From positions 120,861 through 184,860 of the forward strand of contig ADNK01000904.1 of the NCBI GenBank assembly GCA_000320545.1: 64,000 nucleotides of DNA, given 5' to 3'. Positions 39,237 to 51,265 of the stretch are shown here, piece by piece. The translations under genes were made by a program, and so were the position numbers. Below the pieces are notes generated by a model, which saw nothing but the letters and a program-made list of their open reading frames with translations, was not told the DNA's origin and did no database searches. The first letter of the stretch is position 1. The number at the start of each line of letters is the position of its first letter. The stretch comes from Bigelowiella natans CCMP2755 (lineage: Eukaryota > Protista > Cercozoa).

Positions 39237-40731
39237 GTATATTTCGATTCGCTTATGCTTCTCCTTCTCCCTCCCCCTCCGGCCCCCGTTGACCGTTTTG
39301 CCCTTCCTCTGTGTAGGAGGTAGAGCTCTGCCGTGAAATCATGGATATCCCCGTGGCCAAGGCAGCCTACGCCTCCCCAGACGTACTCTACTCTACTTGC
39401 CGCTCCTCCCTATGATCCACAGACAACCGCAACAACAGCGAGACACACTATCAATTTCCGCCATCATCGGCAAGAATAACGACAACAACTTTTCCTTCCA
39501 GGAAAATCATCGCATCGCAGAGAGCATCTTGATGCATTTGTGTAGTAATAACAATACAATGAGTTTCCTATCATCGTCATACTTAGCTGACCCTGTGCCA
39601 CCACCACCATCATCATCATCATCTTTTGTACGACAATGTAGGATCACAGAGATGCTATGCGTAGACGAGGCAGCGAGAAAAAACGTCTGCTCTCTGCTAT
39701 CCGTACCAGGTTAATCCAGCATAATCAACAATAGTAATAACGATAACAACAATAGCTCATGCACGGATTTCCGACGTTTGAGCGCCTACTTCTTCCATAC
39801 CATCACCCATATTGCTCTCCGACGTCTGCAAAACTTTAACATATTCCGCATCATCAGTATGGTGAGAACTGTCACCATCATCACCATCATCTTCATTATC
39901 ATCATCACCATCATTGGTACTATCTTAGGCTCGAAATTGCAGAAGGAGAAGGGAGAAGCTTGCATTGGAAGGATAAGCACCTTTGGCGGTTTTTGCAGGA
40001 ACAGAGATACAGCGAAAAGAGTCGCTACGACAGAAGAAACAACGACCAAGAGTTGAAGGAGGTTGGGCATCATGAGCAACAGCGTGATAGAAAACGCAAG
40101 CGTGAGATCTTAGAAGAGACGGGAGACACGAGGATTCGAGAAGAGTCTGCTGCAGCTCCGGTGTTGGTAGCAGGAAGTCAAGAGGAGAAGCGAGCGAACG
40201 ATGAAGATGAGAAAACAACGACGACAACGACGACGCAGATAATGGCGTCGCTTGAGGAGAAAGAGGAAGGAAGGCCTCATCGTACTATTGCTCGCAAGCC
40301 GCAAACAATAGCTTCGATGTTACCATCACCCCCCAAAGGCAGTGGGGTCTACAAAACAACAAATTCCCAACCGCAGCAGCAGCAGCAGCAGCAGCAGTCA
40401 CAACAAGAGAGACCGTACTGTAGAGTGTGCGATCTCGCTTTTCAGTCACGGGAGGAATGGCGGATGCATCTCTCTATGCTCCGACCAAGGTGATGCTTGG
40501 AACTAGTGCTTATATTAATGCTGATAATTAATGCTAAAATTGATCGGTTGTATCCCACGCGACTTCATCTGACCTGTTCTTCTTGCTTCGGTTTTAATTG
40601 CTGCCACCCTTACCATTTGCAGGAAAATAGAGAGTCACGTATGTTTCGTGTGTCGAAGGGCCTTCAGAGAACTCAGGGCGCTGAGACAGCATCTTATGCA
40701 CAAACACCCAAATGCAGCACGCAGCACATGA
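36764..40731 (+). CDS. DUF2431 / BMT5-like rRNA (uridine-N3) methyltransferase domain plus three C2H2-type zinc fingers
   Basis: MDSNATKEADVLVLG|DGNFSFSRAYA..VVATSVD..EVDAT..FDLIIFNFPHLG..LLSHFLDSA..WPGYECKRH are DUF2431 motifs. Later segments CPHC..H..H, CRVCDLAFQSREEWRMHL and CFVCRRAFRELRALRQHLMHKH are zinc-finger-like. Confidence 0.82.
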
Positions 40732-41380
40732 ATAATTTCATATTGTTGCTGACATAGCATAGCATGGCCGAACGAACAAATCGTGCAACATTGAATGAAT
40801 ATGCGAGACGGATACGATGAAGTGATTAAATCATGCATTGTGGTTGTGCTACGATACGTATTGTTTTCAAAATTAATACTATACAGCGCTATCCTTACTG
40901 ACAAAGCACGGCTTATTAGAATTTGTAATGCTATGTTTGTGCTGTGGCCATTGGAATCGTGAAAAATTGCCATATACCACGCGTTTACGTACTCGGTTTG
41001 CGGTCGCGAACACAGCCAGCATGGTTGCTTTGATTCAACGTTATAATATGCGTACAAGATGCATTCATGCAAATACGATCGCTTCAGATATTGGACTGTA
41101 ATGATAGTACAGCTAACATCGCGGCATGTGACAGTTGTGCGCAACTACTTCAACGGTAGGCGAGTTATTTGATGTGGATGCATAGTGGGCCTATCTTAAT
41201 GGTCAGTGAGTGAGTGAGTGAGTGAGTGAGTGTGGATGTATGGGTGTATCTACATATGCATGAAATTAAACGTGTGTACCTAGACTGTGCTCACGCGTAT
41301 AGTTTTACTAAAGCTTGTCAGATAACAGGTATCTGCTATCTGCCATCACGGCTAATAAACCGCAATAGCAATTACAGCTG

Positions 41381-43602
41381 CTATGGCGCCCCATGATGGA
41401 CGACCCTTTCTTCAGACGTTAGCTGCTCCTCTTGGTTGTCGTGATTATCGAACCCACTGCCTGCATTGTCCGGATGTTGATGCTGGTGCTGATGCTGATG
41501 TTGCTGCTCCTCTGTCTTCTCGACGTGGGAGGAGTGCTCATTAGGAGTAGTACTTGGAAGGTGATGCTGTTGTGGTGCCGATTCTACTGCCTCGTTGTTG
41601 TGCTGATGGTCGCTGCTGCTGGGATGCATAATAGCAGCGGCCTCTTTATTTGAGTCTGCGATCGACTGCGTTATTATCGAAAGAGCTTCTTTCATCACGA
41701 TGCCCTGTTTTTGTTTGATATCAACAGACAACGACGAGGACGACGCGACAAGGGAGGAGGATGGTGAGGGGGAGGGGGAGGAGAAAGAGATTCTCAGTCA
41801 AGACCGAGAACGTCCGCAATGAGCAACGAACGACATTAAATCCGGGGGAGGAGTTGGGAGAATATGCATGCAAGACACCTTTTCGGCGAGCTCGATGAGC
41901 CTCAGGAGAATTTCTGAGGTTAATCCGACGTGTATCACCTGCCCGACGGTACAAATGCACAAAGGATCAGGACTGACACATCATCAGGTGCTATCCTGCA
42001 CTATGGCCGTTTTCACTGACAACAGTTCAGTTTCACCTGCTGCCGCCCCCCATCCATCCCACGAATGACCTTTTAACACAGAGAACACACAAAAGCCGCT
42101 CGGTTGGAGGGAGGGATGGTCCATACATTACTATTATGATACAACGGTTCGAACGTCTATGTAGTCGGCTATAATAGTAAAATTCGGCGTGTGCGGAATC
42201 TTTTCACTTCATGAATCTGCTTGCTCTTTCTATTTCATGCTTGGCGCTGTATTGCGACAATAATAGCAACCGAAGAGGTCGGTGGAGATGACGTACGAAT
42301 AGAAGAATAACTGTATTACCTTGATAGAACCTCCGTGGATCCTTGCTCCCCCCATGATCAGCATCTTAAGCTGCTTTGCCTAAGGGGCGGAGAAGTGAGG
42401 AGGAGGAGGAGGAGGAGGAGGAGGAGGAGAAATTTTTCAGGTGGAAATACAAGAAGGAATAGAACTTTAATTGTCTCACTCCGATTTAGTTTGAAATTCA
42501 CCCACACGCGGCGGCGATTATTACGACATATGAACAACACACGCACATGTAACATATAGTGCGTGAGACCGGCCGTCACCTTCTCTGTCGCGCCTACGTA
42601 GGGCCCACCAAAGAGCTCGTCAAGAACGAAACTGAGACCCCCATTCCTTCCACCAGCACTGTCCGTTGTAGAGGGAGGTTGAGGGGCGTCTGCCGCATTC
42701 ACGCTGTTACCTACGAATGATGAAGGAAAATCGATGAGCATGTATAAGGTCGGGCGCTATGTTGCATGTGTGCGTGAGTAAGGCATATTGGCGACTTTCT
42801 CTTTAGAGGGGGATATTAGTTTTTCTTTCTTCATTTTTTTCTTCAATTATTCGCCAAATACTGCTGTCGACCATCATGGGCGTTGTGACTGGTAGAAGTT
42901 GTAGCAGCAGCAGAAGCAGCGGCGTGCATCGATGCATCCCTCGCCGATACACCGTCCATCCCGCTTGGGGGAAGAGGAACACCTGTTGGGGGAGTCTCTG
43001 GAGGCCGAGAAACCCCATTCTCTTGCGGCTGCATCTCCTGTGTCGTGATGATCGACTGTTTCAGTGCATTTCGTAACTTCTCCGCTGGATCAATCTGAAT
43101 GGTGAAATATGGACAATTGATGGAGGTGTAAGTGTATTTCTTGTGATGTTCTGTATGAGTGAGGGATAGAGAGGATATGGTTGTAAATATATTTCACCGA
43201 CCATCCGATGTCCGAAAAATATGCCGCAATTTTCTGGGTCGAAGTCAAGCGAGTTGCAGACACTCATTCTAGGCACGCTTCCTGGGTCGCGTCCAGCCTA
43301 AACGAAACAAAGTTCATACACATACACACTCTCTCTCCCCCCTCCCCCCCCCCCTCTCTCTCTCTCTGTCACTGGTCATAATTTCACACATCAGAGCTTC
43401 TCGAATCAATATTATAGCGATATAAGCACGCAACATTTTTCAGTCTCGCTATACTGCCAACCTCTTTGGTGAATTCCTGATGGCCGCCGAGAACAGAAAC
43501 AGTACGCCCGTTTATCGTTAGCGTCGCAGCATTAACGGCATTGTTTGTGAAATCTGCCCCGATCAGCGCGAACGCTACGATATATCGGGCCAACGATCCC
43601 AT
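41381..43602 (-). CDS. Hypothetical secreted protein, multi-exon, no recognised family
   Basis: Signal-peptide-like start MGSLARYIVAFALIGADFTNNAVNA. Open GT/AG-bounded exons at about 43200-43300, 42860-43090, 42580-42760 and 41880-41940, and a last exon 41381-41730 with an H/Q-rich tail. The exon model is approximate. Confidence 0.55.
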
Positions 43603-43895
43603 TTTACGTGACTACTCGTACTGTAAGTTCTCTCCTGCCTGCGATCACATTCATGCTCCAACGGCGAACGTAGAGCCTGTAGCCATTTATCTCGAGCCCG
43701 GTATGAGTTCAATTCTCTGCCATTTCCAGCATTTTGACGGTATTTTTGAAGACGCAGTGTGGAGACATCCAAGGTTTATCCCGAAGAAATAGTCCAGAAA
43801 ATGGTGAGGTTGAGTCAGCAAGACCACAAACGAAGCTCATAGGATCTTAATATACTACAAGTATTTTTTATTTCCAATTTTCCCCATACATCACT

Positions 43896-43967
43896 TTCCG
43901 CGTAGTCCAACGGTTAGGATATGGGATTTTCACTCCCAAGATCGGGGTTCGATTCCCCGCGTGGAAG
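43896..43967 (+). tRNA. trnE: tRNA-Glu (anticodon TTC)
   Basis: Cloverleaf: acceptor TTCCGCG/CGTGGAA, D-arm GTCC..GGAT, anticodon stem TGGGA/TCCCA with loop TT-TTC-AC, T-arm CGGGG-TTCGATT-CCCCG. No intron and no encoded CCA. Confidence 0.96.
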
Positions 43968-43974
43968 ACCTGTC

Positions 43975-43980
43975 TTTTTT
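43975..43980 (+). terminator. RNA polymerase III oligo-T terminator
   Basis: T6 run starting 8 nt after the tRNA discriminator base. Confidence 0.75.
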
Positions 43981-44237
43981 CCATTGACGACTTTTTTCCA
44001 CCACGAGTAGCTGAACGGTGCCTATGCATCAAAAATGGAATATGCCGCAATTATTAAGCCTTATTTCACTCGGATTATTGTTCTGAACTTTGAAACGGGT
44101 GTCATTTGATGGATAGCCGCCTTCATCAAATCCGAGCGACAACTTAACTTTTGCGTTTCTTATTTGGAATCAATATTTTCCAGGAGTGCGGAGTTGCGAC
44201 TTCCACGGCTACGAGGAATCTCTACTCGCAACAACAG

Positions 44238-47072
44238 ATGAGGACCTTTCGCTACCTCCCCCTCGTGGCACTACTCGGTAATTTCGAGCTAATGTGTCGT
44301 CGGACTGAAAGATTGGCTTGTTAGACTCCGTTTTAGACCTCTTTGCACTGATGACAAATTTTGCGAATGATTCTAATAAGCCCTTCAACTGAAAACATGA
44401 AGGTTTCTCTGGGCACGTGCTAGGAGATGAGCATGAAGAACACCCAACAATCCACGGAAGCGGTTTGAGTTCTTATTAGCTAATCTAAACTCGACAAAAT
44501 TAACTTGCTTATTACATAATTTCTAGGAACTACCAATCCTTCTCCTTTCTTTTGGAAAGTCATGGATCTTTTCGAGGAGAGAGGTTTTCATCATTCGAGA
44601 GAGCATTTCGAAAAGTGCCTTCAGCCTCCACAAACTTTGCTTGACGCTAGATTTTAATCAGCTCGCCAAGATGTCCGGATGACTTATCGCGCCGTTGGAT
44701 CTTCGACGGGTAAGAACTGAGCTCTGTCTCATCTGGGATTATACCGAAAAGTGCTCATCGTTCAATATCAACTCGCATCTATTTCCAGGCCAGCGTGAAT
44801 TTCAAGGAGAGAACAACGGCAACGTTGCCTACACAGATTTCGGGTAAAATTGGCATTTTCATCTTGCCCTATCATGCATAGCACAATGCATCTCATCTCT
44901 CACTATTTTGTTGTTGTTGTTGTTGTTGTCCTGCCACACAGAGCCGGCGACATCCCAATGACACAGGAGCGATACGATAATGTTACAATGTCAGGTAGAG
45001 GGAAAGAATACCTTTCTAATCTCAGTGAACAGCTTTTGCATTCAAAAGCATTAGTTTCGATGTTCGATTTCCTCTGACTACCAGGACGTATTTTCCAGGA
45101 GGACGCGTAATGGTGCACATTCCATTTGTGATTGGCGGCGTCTCTATTTTCTACAAGTAAGAAGAATAATTTGTCCAAGTATATGTAAGTGCTGTTCCCT
45201 CTTCATATATAAACAGCCATCATTCTCCATGCTTTGGTGCCCTATGTAATGACTACTGCAGTAAGAATCTCACTTCCTTACTGCTGTTACCCACCATAAA
45301 TAGTATTCCTACCGCGGATCTGGGAGGGCAACCGTTGGATCTGGATGCTTGTACGCTGGCAGGAATTTTTAATGTAGTCATTAGCGCTTTCTATTTCTTT
45401 CAACGTATTTTTTTTTTTTAATGAAGTGTGCATCGGGCTTCAAAAGTAAAGTTTTGCGCTTCCCCCCCCAAAAATTTCACGCATGATCTCGATTAACTTG
45501 TAGGGCAACTATACTACGTGGGACAACCCCGCGATCACTACGTTGAACCCCAGTTTGACTGTTCCGGCAGGCACGCCAATCAAGGTAGCAGCGGCGGCAG
45601 TCTTAGCATTAGAAAGGGCGACAGCAAAATAAGTGACGTGCCTTAAGTAGAAAGCAGTACCTAGCGAACGCTATGCTGGGAATAAATAAACTTCCACCAC
45701 CTCCCCAGGTCTTTCATCGAATTAAAGGCTCTTCCTCTACTTCTGGAGTCACACAGTAAACATCATGAATATTTTGGCATAGACAAGCCCGCATCCTAAG
45801 ACTACACAAACATACCCGAAACACTGCTGAGATAGCTGACTCATAGCCTTGTTGAAATGCTTATTGCAGAAATTGGTCCAATGCTTACTGTTCTTTTCCT
45901 GTCCGTTGGCGTCGCCGTCGTGTTTCCCCCCCTTGTTTTGATTGTTTTGTTCACGAAGATATCTTGAGCAAAGAACTTCTGCTGCTGGAGATTCCTGTCC
46001 GCAGTTATGGAGCCGTGGTTCGGGCAGCAAAATAAACTGGCCGACAACGTACAGCATAGAAGAGAAAGAGGGCGGGGTTGGGAGAATGTAGAGCAGTGGA
46101 GGGGGAGAAATCACAATTCACTTAACTAATTTTTAGACTGGGATTCTCGTGTAAATGACTGTTGTCTATCCTCGCCAATCAGTGTTCTTACCGCGTCTGC
46201 ATGACTCTCATCATTTTCTTATTCATCATTCTTCATTTTATATCGCCGACCTAGTATTGCCCTCTTCGTCGATTCAGCGGGTGTCATTATTGTCTCATTC
46301 TACGTACTCGAGCAGGTCTGGATTTTCACCAAGATCGGGAAGTGGTGGAATGGCGGATGGAATCTCATCGACGCCTTATTCCATCGGGTAAGAAGTAGGG
46401 AGGGGGGGGGGGGGGGGGGGGGGGGAAGAGGAAAGAAGGGTGGTTGAATAGAGACCTCTTACAAACCACACCACACCCAATAAAACAAGGACATAAATAC
46501 AGATATATCGATTCTGGTTTCGGTCATCGCCTTGGTCTTCAAGAGATCAAGCTGAAGAACAGAGCAGGGGTCCGAACGAGCGAAGGAGAGGGAGGGGGGA
46601 GGGAGGGTTGAGCATTCTTCCATGGAAACGTATGAAGTTCACTCTTCGCAGTATTAACCTGCACCTCTCCTTGAAGAATTTATCCATTAGATCTACCTCT
46701 TCATCCAGAATGCAAACCTTGTTTTCCTGAGTATTCCCTTATCTGCTGTCGCTGCGTAACATTGCAGAAATTCCTCGACTCAAAAGAAGCCGACCTCGGA
46801 GCAGCCGCTACTGCTGCTCTTGCGCAAACCCCCGCACAAGGTATGGAGAACGTGTTAGTAACAATGCTACAATGTGCAACATTGTGAAATTGTGATAGTG
46901 TGATTCATGATTATCATAATGGGTCAATCTTGCCTTGATGCAGGCGGCCTTCCAGCAAACGCAACTCAAAGCTTTGCGCAAGTTTCTCTGTAAGCAGATT
47001 AGCGATAGCTACCGAAATTAGAATGAATGCTCAGTATGACCGCCGGCAGCGCTCTCTCTCTCTCCCTCCCTC

Positions 47073-47148
<76 letters not shown>

Positions 47149-48308
47149 ATACACACACTCTTCCAATGGTTCATGGAACAATGACAAAGGATTGTTTCCG
47201 CTCGTGTTATTATTGTTGTTTGTGGTGGTCATCGTTCCACCATTATTTGCCCACTCGTTTCCCCCTACCCGCGTGCGCGTCGTTAATGGCTGTTGTGGTT
47301 TTGTGCTGTCAGTCTCGATAAAGATGGAAACACCACGTGGCCAATCACCTTGATGAGCTACATGTACGTGGAGCAAAATCTCACCTCGAAAGGTAGGCTA
47401 CTCGTGATGGAGAAAACTACAGGCACGGGAGACACTTTATCAACCTTCACAATTTTATCTTTCATAAATGATAGAGAAATGATGTTTTCTTGCGGTGTCT
47501 GGCAGAGCAAAACGGGCAGCTTCTCAAGTCATTTATTGAGTTTGTGCTATCGCCAACTGGCCAGGTCGTTATAAAAAGCTTGAGAAACAGCCTCGTATCA
47601 GCCCTCCACTCCACCCTCTACTCACTATCCAATTTCCTCTGTCTGTGTGTGTGTGCGTGCGTGCGTGCGTGCCATAAATATCTGGGAAATTTTGACGAAA
47701 CGTCTTTTTCTAGGGAATTGCTGAAGAATTCTCCTTCGTGCGCGTACCGGCATCCATTGTAATGACCTCAACGATGATTGTGGCAACAGCTATGATGATG
47801 ATGATGTTTCGTGAGGATGTTGATGATGGATGGCACACGTTAAAGAGAAACAAAACCACATCAATCTATATTGATATTGGATAAGAATTTCCTCACACTC
47901 ACGCATAATATATATACTCATATGCTTATATCAAATTAAATACTCTCGTTCATAGTATAGATGCATGTGTCGCCTCTGTGTGTGTATGTGCATGCAGACC
48001 CCCCCTGTCCCTCCCCCTATCTTCTTTCCTCTTTTTGAGCGAACGACTCCTCTCCCACTTTATTACTTGTTAGTTGTTAAAAACAATTACTGTTCTCTGA
48101 ACAGATCTCTTATAATAACGTCACCCTAAATTCTTTGGCCCTCGCTAGTGGCACTACGCCATATTTCATCGAGGTAGCAAGTACTAATTCTTCTGAGTTC
48201 CTGCTATGAAGGCAAGAATACTATATTCGTGTACTCATTTGATGTTTACCGCAAACATACACACTCACACACACACACACACACACACACATTTACACAC
48301 ACACATAT

Positions 48309-48350
<42 letters not shown>

Positions 48351-49197
48351 TTATATCTTCCTTTTTTTCTCCTTTCTTTCCGTCTGTCCTACCTAATGCT
48401 CGTGACGCCATACCTTCACAGGGAAGCTCCACCCAGGTGGGAACGGGAGCTCAAGAATTCGTGATTTCGCAGAAACGCCAGAGCTTTGCAGACTACGACC
48501 GGAACCTCATTTATTCTCAGCTGGACGCTTTATCCGCTAGAATCTCAACGCAGGAGGCTTCGTCTCACGTATGAACCGATGAAGCGCGAAACACGCATCC
48601 TCATCAGCACTAGAGACAATGATGATGAAGAGGCGAGGGTGAATGCTGTCGAGAGGATATAGCCCTAGATACAACTTGATACCCTCCTCCCCACCTTCCT
48701 CTCCTCCTCTCGCTGTTGCTCATAAGTTTATTTAGTCCTAATTTCAGCATTCTATCATAACTGCCAAAAAGCTGCACGTGCATACTGTTAGCACTCACGC
48801 TATTCTCTACTACTACTACTACTACTAACTAACTAACTAACTAAATAACAAACCGTAGATTGAAACTCTGTATGGAAGTGGAACTACGAATCCTTCTCGC
48901 CTGTTCTGGAAGGTGTGTAGCTTGTACATGCGAACGGGCTGACAACGGGGAGAAGGGAAAAAAGAGGGTGGGAGGGGGGGGAGGGGGGATTCGATGAAAC
49001 ATAGCCGCTCCCTTGTTTTATTCTCTCATCCTCTTGTGTGTTGTGTGTATTTTAGGCAATGGCATTGATGCAGGATCAAGCCTCTATACCGCTTCATCTT
49101 TCATACCGCGCAGTCGGCTCTGGAACAGGAATCTCTGAGTGAGTAGTTCGTTCACCAGTGCCGCTTAATAACACGGGGATATCATATTCACGAAAGA

Positions 49198-49241
<44 letters not shown>

Positions 49242-51106
49242 AGAGAGGCCGAGACAGAGACGAAAGGATCGAAGATGTACAAACCATTCCCTCCCCCTCC
49301 TACCCCTAAGGTTCATCGGTGCAGATAATGGCAACGTGTCCTATACCCATTTCGGATCCGGTGATATTCCATTCAACTCTGAGGACTACTCCAGTTACAC
49401 CGCTAGTGGCCGTCAGTTCGTGCATATCCCTTTTATTGTGGGTGCAATCGGTAATAAATTGTCAGATAAGGGTGGGGGGGGGACAGGGGGTAGGTCCAGA
49501 TTTTCGAAAATAATCATGTATACTTGTTAAGGAGGGGACATATTTTTTGGCAACCTATTAGAGTGAATTATGATGGATAATGCCAATGATGGTGCTGGTG
49601 GTGGTGGTGGTGGTTGTGATTGCACTGTTTTCTATCCAAGGAATCTTCCACAGTGTTCCTGCTGCCGACCTTGGGGGACATCGTCTCGGCTTGGATCCGT
49701 AAGTAACAAATAGATAGGGAAAAACAAAAGGATAAAGGAGAAAACACTTGCTACTCCTATTGCATAAGGAGGCATGCAGATTGTTATACATCACACTAGT
49801 GCTGCCCTACTTTCTGCTTCTTCATAAACAATTCCAACCGAGGCGATAGCATGATGGATTGGTTGAGCTTTTGTTTATTGATGATTGATGATCTGGTGTA
49901 TGTATATAGCTGCAGTCTCGCAGCGGTAATGTCGAGGAGAATCACTACCTGGGATCATCCTGACATCTTAAGGGTACTACGTAATACAACAACAACCCTA
50001 ACCCTAATGTTGCTGAATATATACCTTAATATCTCTATACCCCCCCCCCCCCATATGTACGTGCATTGATTTTAACTTATGTCACTATCATCATCAAAGA
50101 TGTGAAATACTGGCCATCGTCGCTACAACCCATTGTCGTTGCCGTGATCCTTTTATTATTCAGCAAAATCCACATCTTCGAGTACCAGCAAATCAGCCTA
50201 TCAACGTACTTATATAATATGATATCACCCCATCCTCCCCCCCACCCCCGCGCTCCTTTTACATATTCGTCAGAATTGTACTTCAAAAGATATTGATCCA
50301 TATAGCTACGACGACTACAATAACAACTTATAATAATAGAAATAATAATAATAAATAATAATAATAATAATAATAATACTTCTCTTTTAGGTGGTCCGTC
50401 GAGTACGAGGATCCAGCTCTACCGCCGGCGTAACCTCGTAAGTGGATGTGCGTGTGCGTGTGCGCGACCCGGTGCAGTAGTGACATTAACCGCATGGTAC
50501 CAGAGAACAGTGAACACAGGCGAAAATCAATGTTATCCTCCACAAAATTAACAATACCAAAGACTGAGCGGCAGCTGCCCACATTTCAGTACACATGCTG
50601 ATAAGAGGCTCGTTACCTCGATGGCCCATCCCCCCCCCTCTTCTCTCTAGATATCTCCAGAATGTACATTTGGGTGCAGCAGGCTGCCCGCCATGGTCAC
50701 TCGGTAAAGACGACGACATTTAATTCGCAAACCTCCCCGCGTTGATCGTTGGTGATGGTGATGGTGAGGGAAATGGTCGTGACAATGGCAATGATGGCCT
50801 TGTTTACACTTGCTGTAAGGTTTTGGAAGGACTATCACATGGCCGCAAGGAACGATTCCGGCGCAGGGATCTGGAGGCATTGTTTTTGTTTTGGTATTTC
50901 ATTAAACGCAGATGCCCTATCCCCCCCCCCCCCCCCCCGCCTTCCTCTCCTGTGACACTCCCTCTTGCTTCACCATCCGGTAACCCTGCTGCTATCTTAG
51001 GTTAATACTCCATACTCGATCTCCTACCTCGATGCTGGCTTTGGGCATGATAACAACCTGGAAGAGATTTCGCTCAAGAACAGAGCTGGAAGGTCGCTCG
51101 TAGAGA

Positions 51107-51182
<76 letters not shown>

Positions 51183-51226
51183 AGAGAGAGAGTACACTGA
51201 AGAGTGGTGGTGGTGATAGGATATAA

Positions 51227-51265
<39 letters not shown>

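Noticed and set aside
49994-50007. Interstitial telomeric repeat (AACCCT)2
   Set aside because: Only two units inside a microsatellite-rich intron; expected by chance or slippage.
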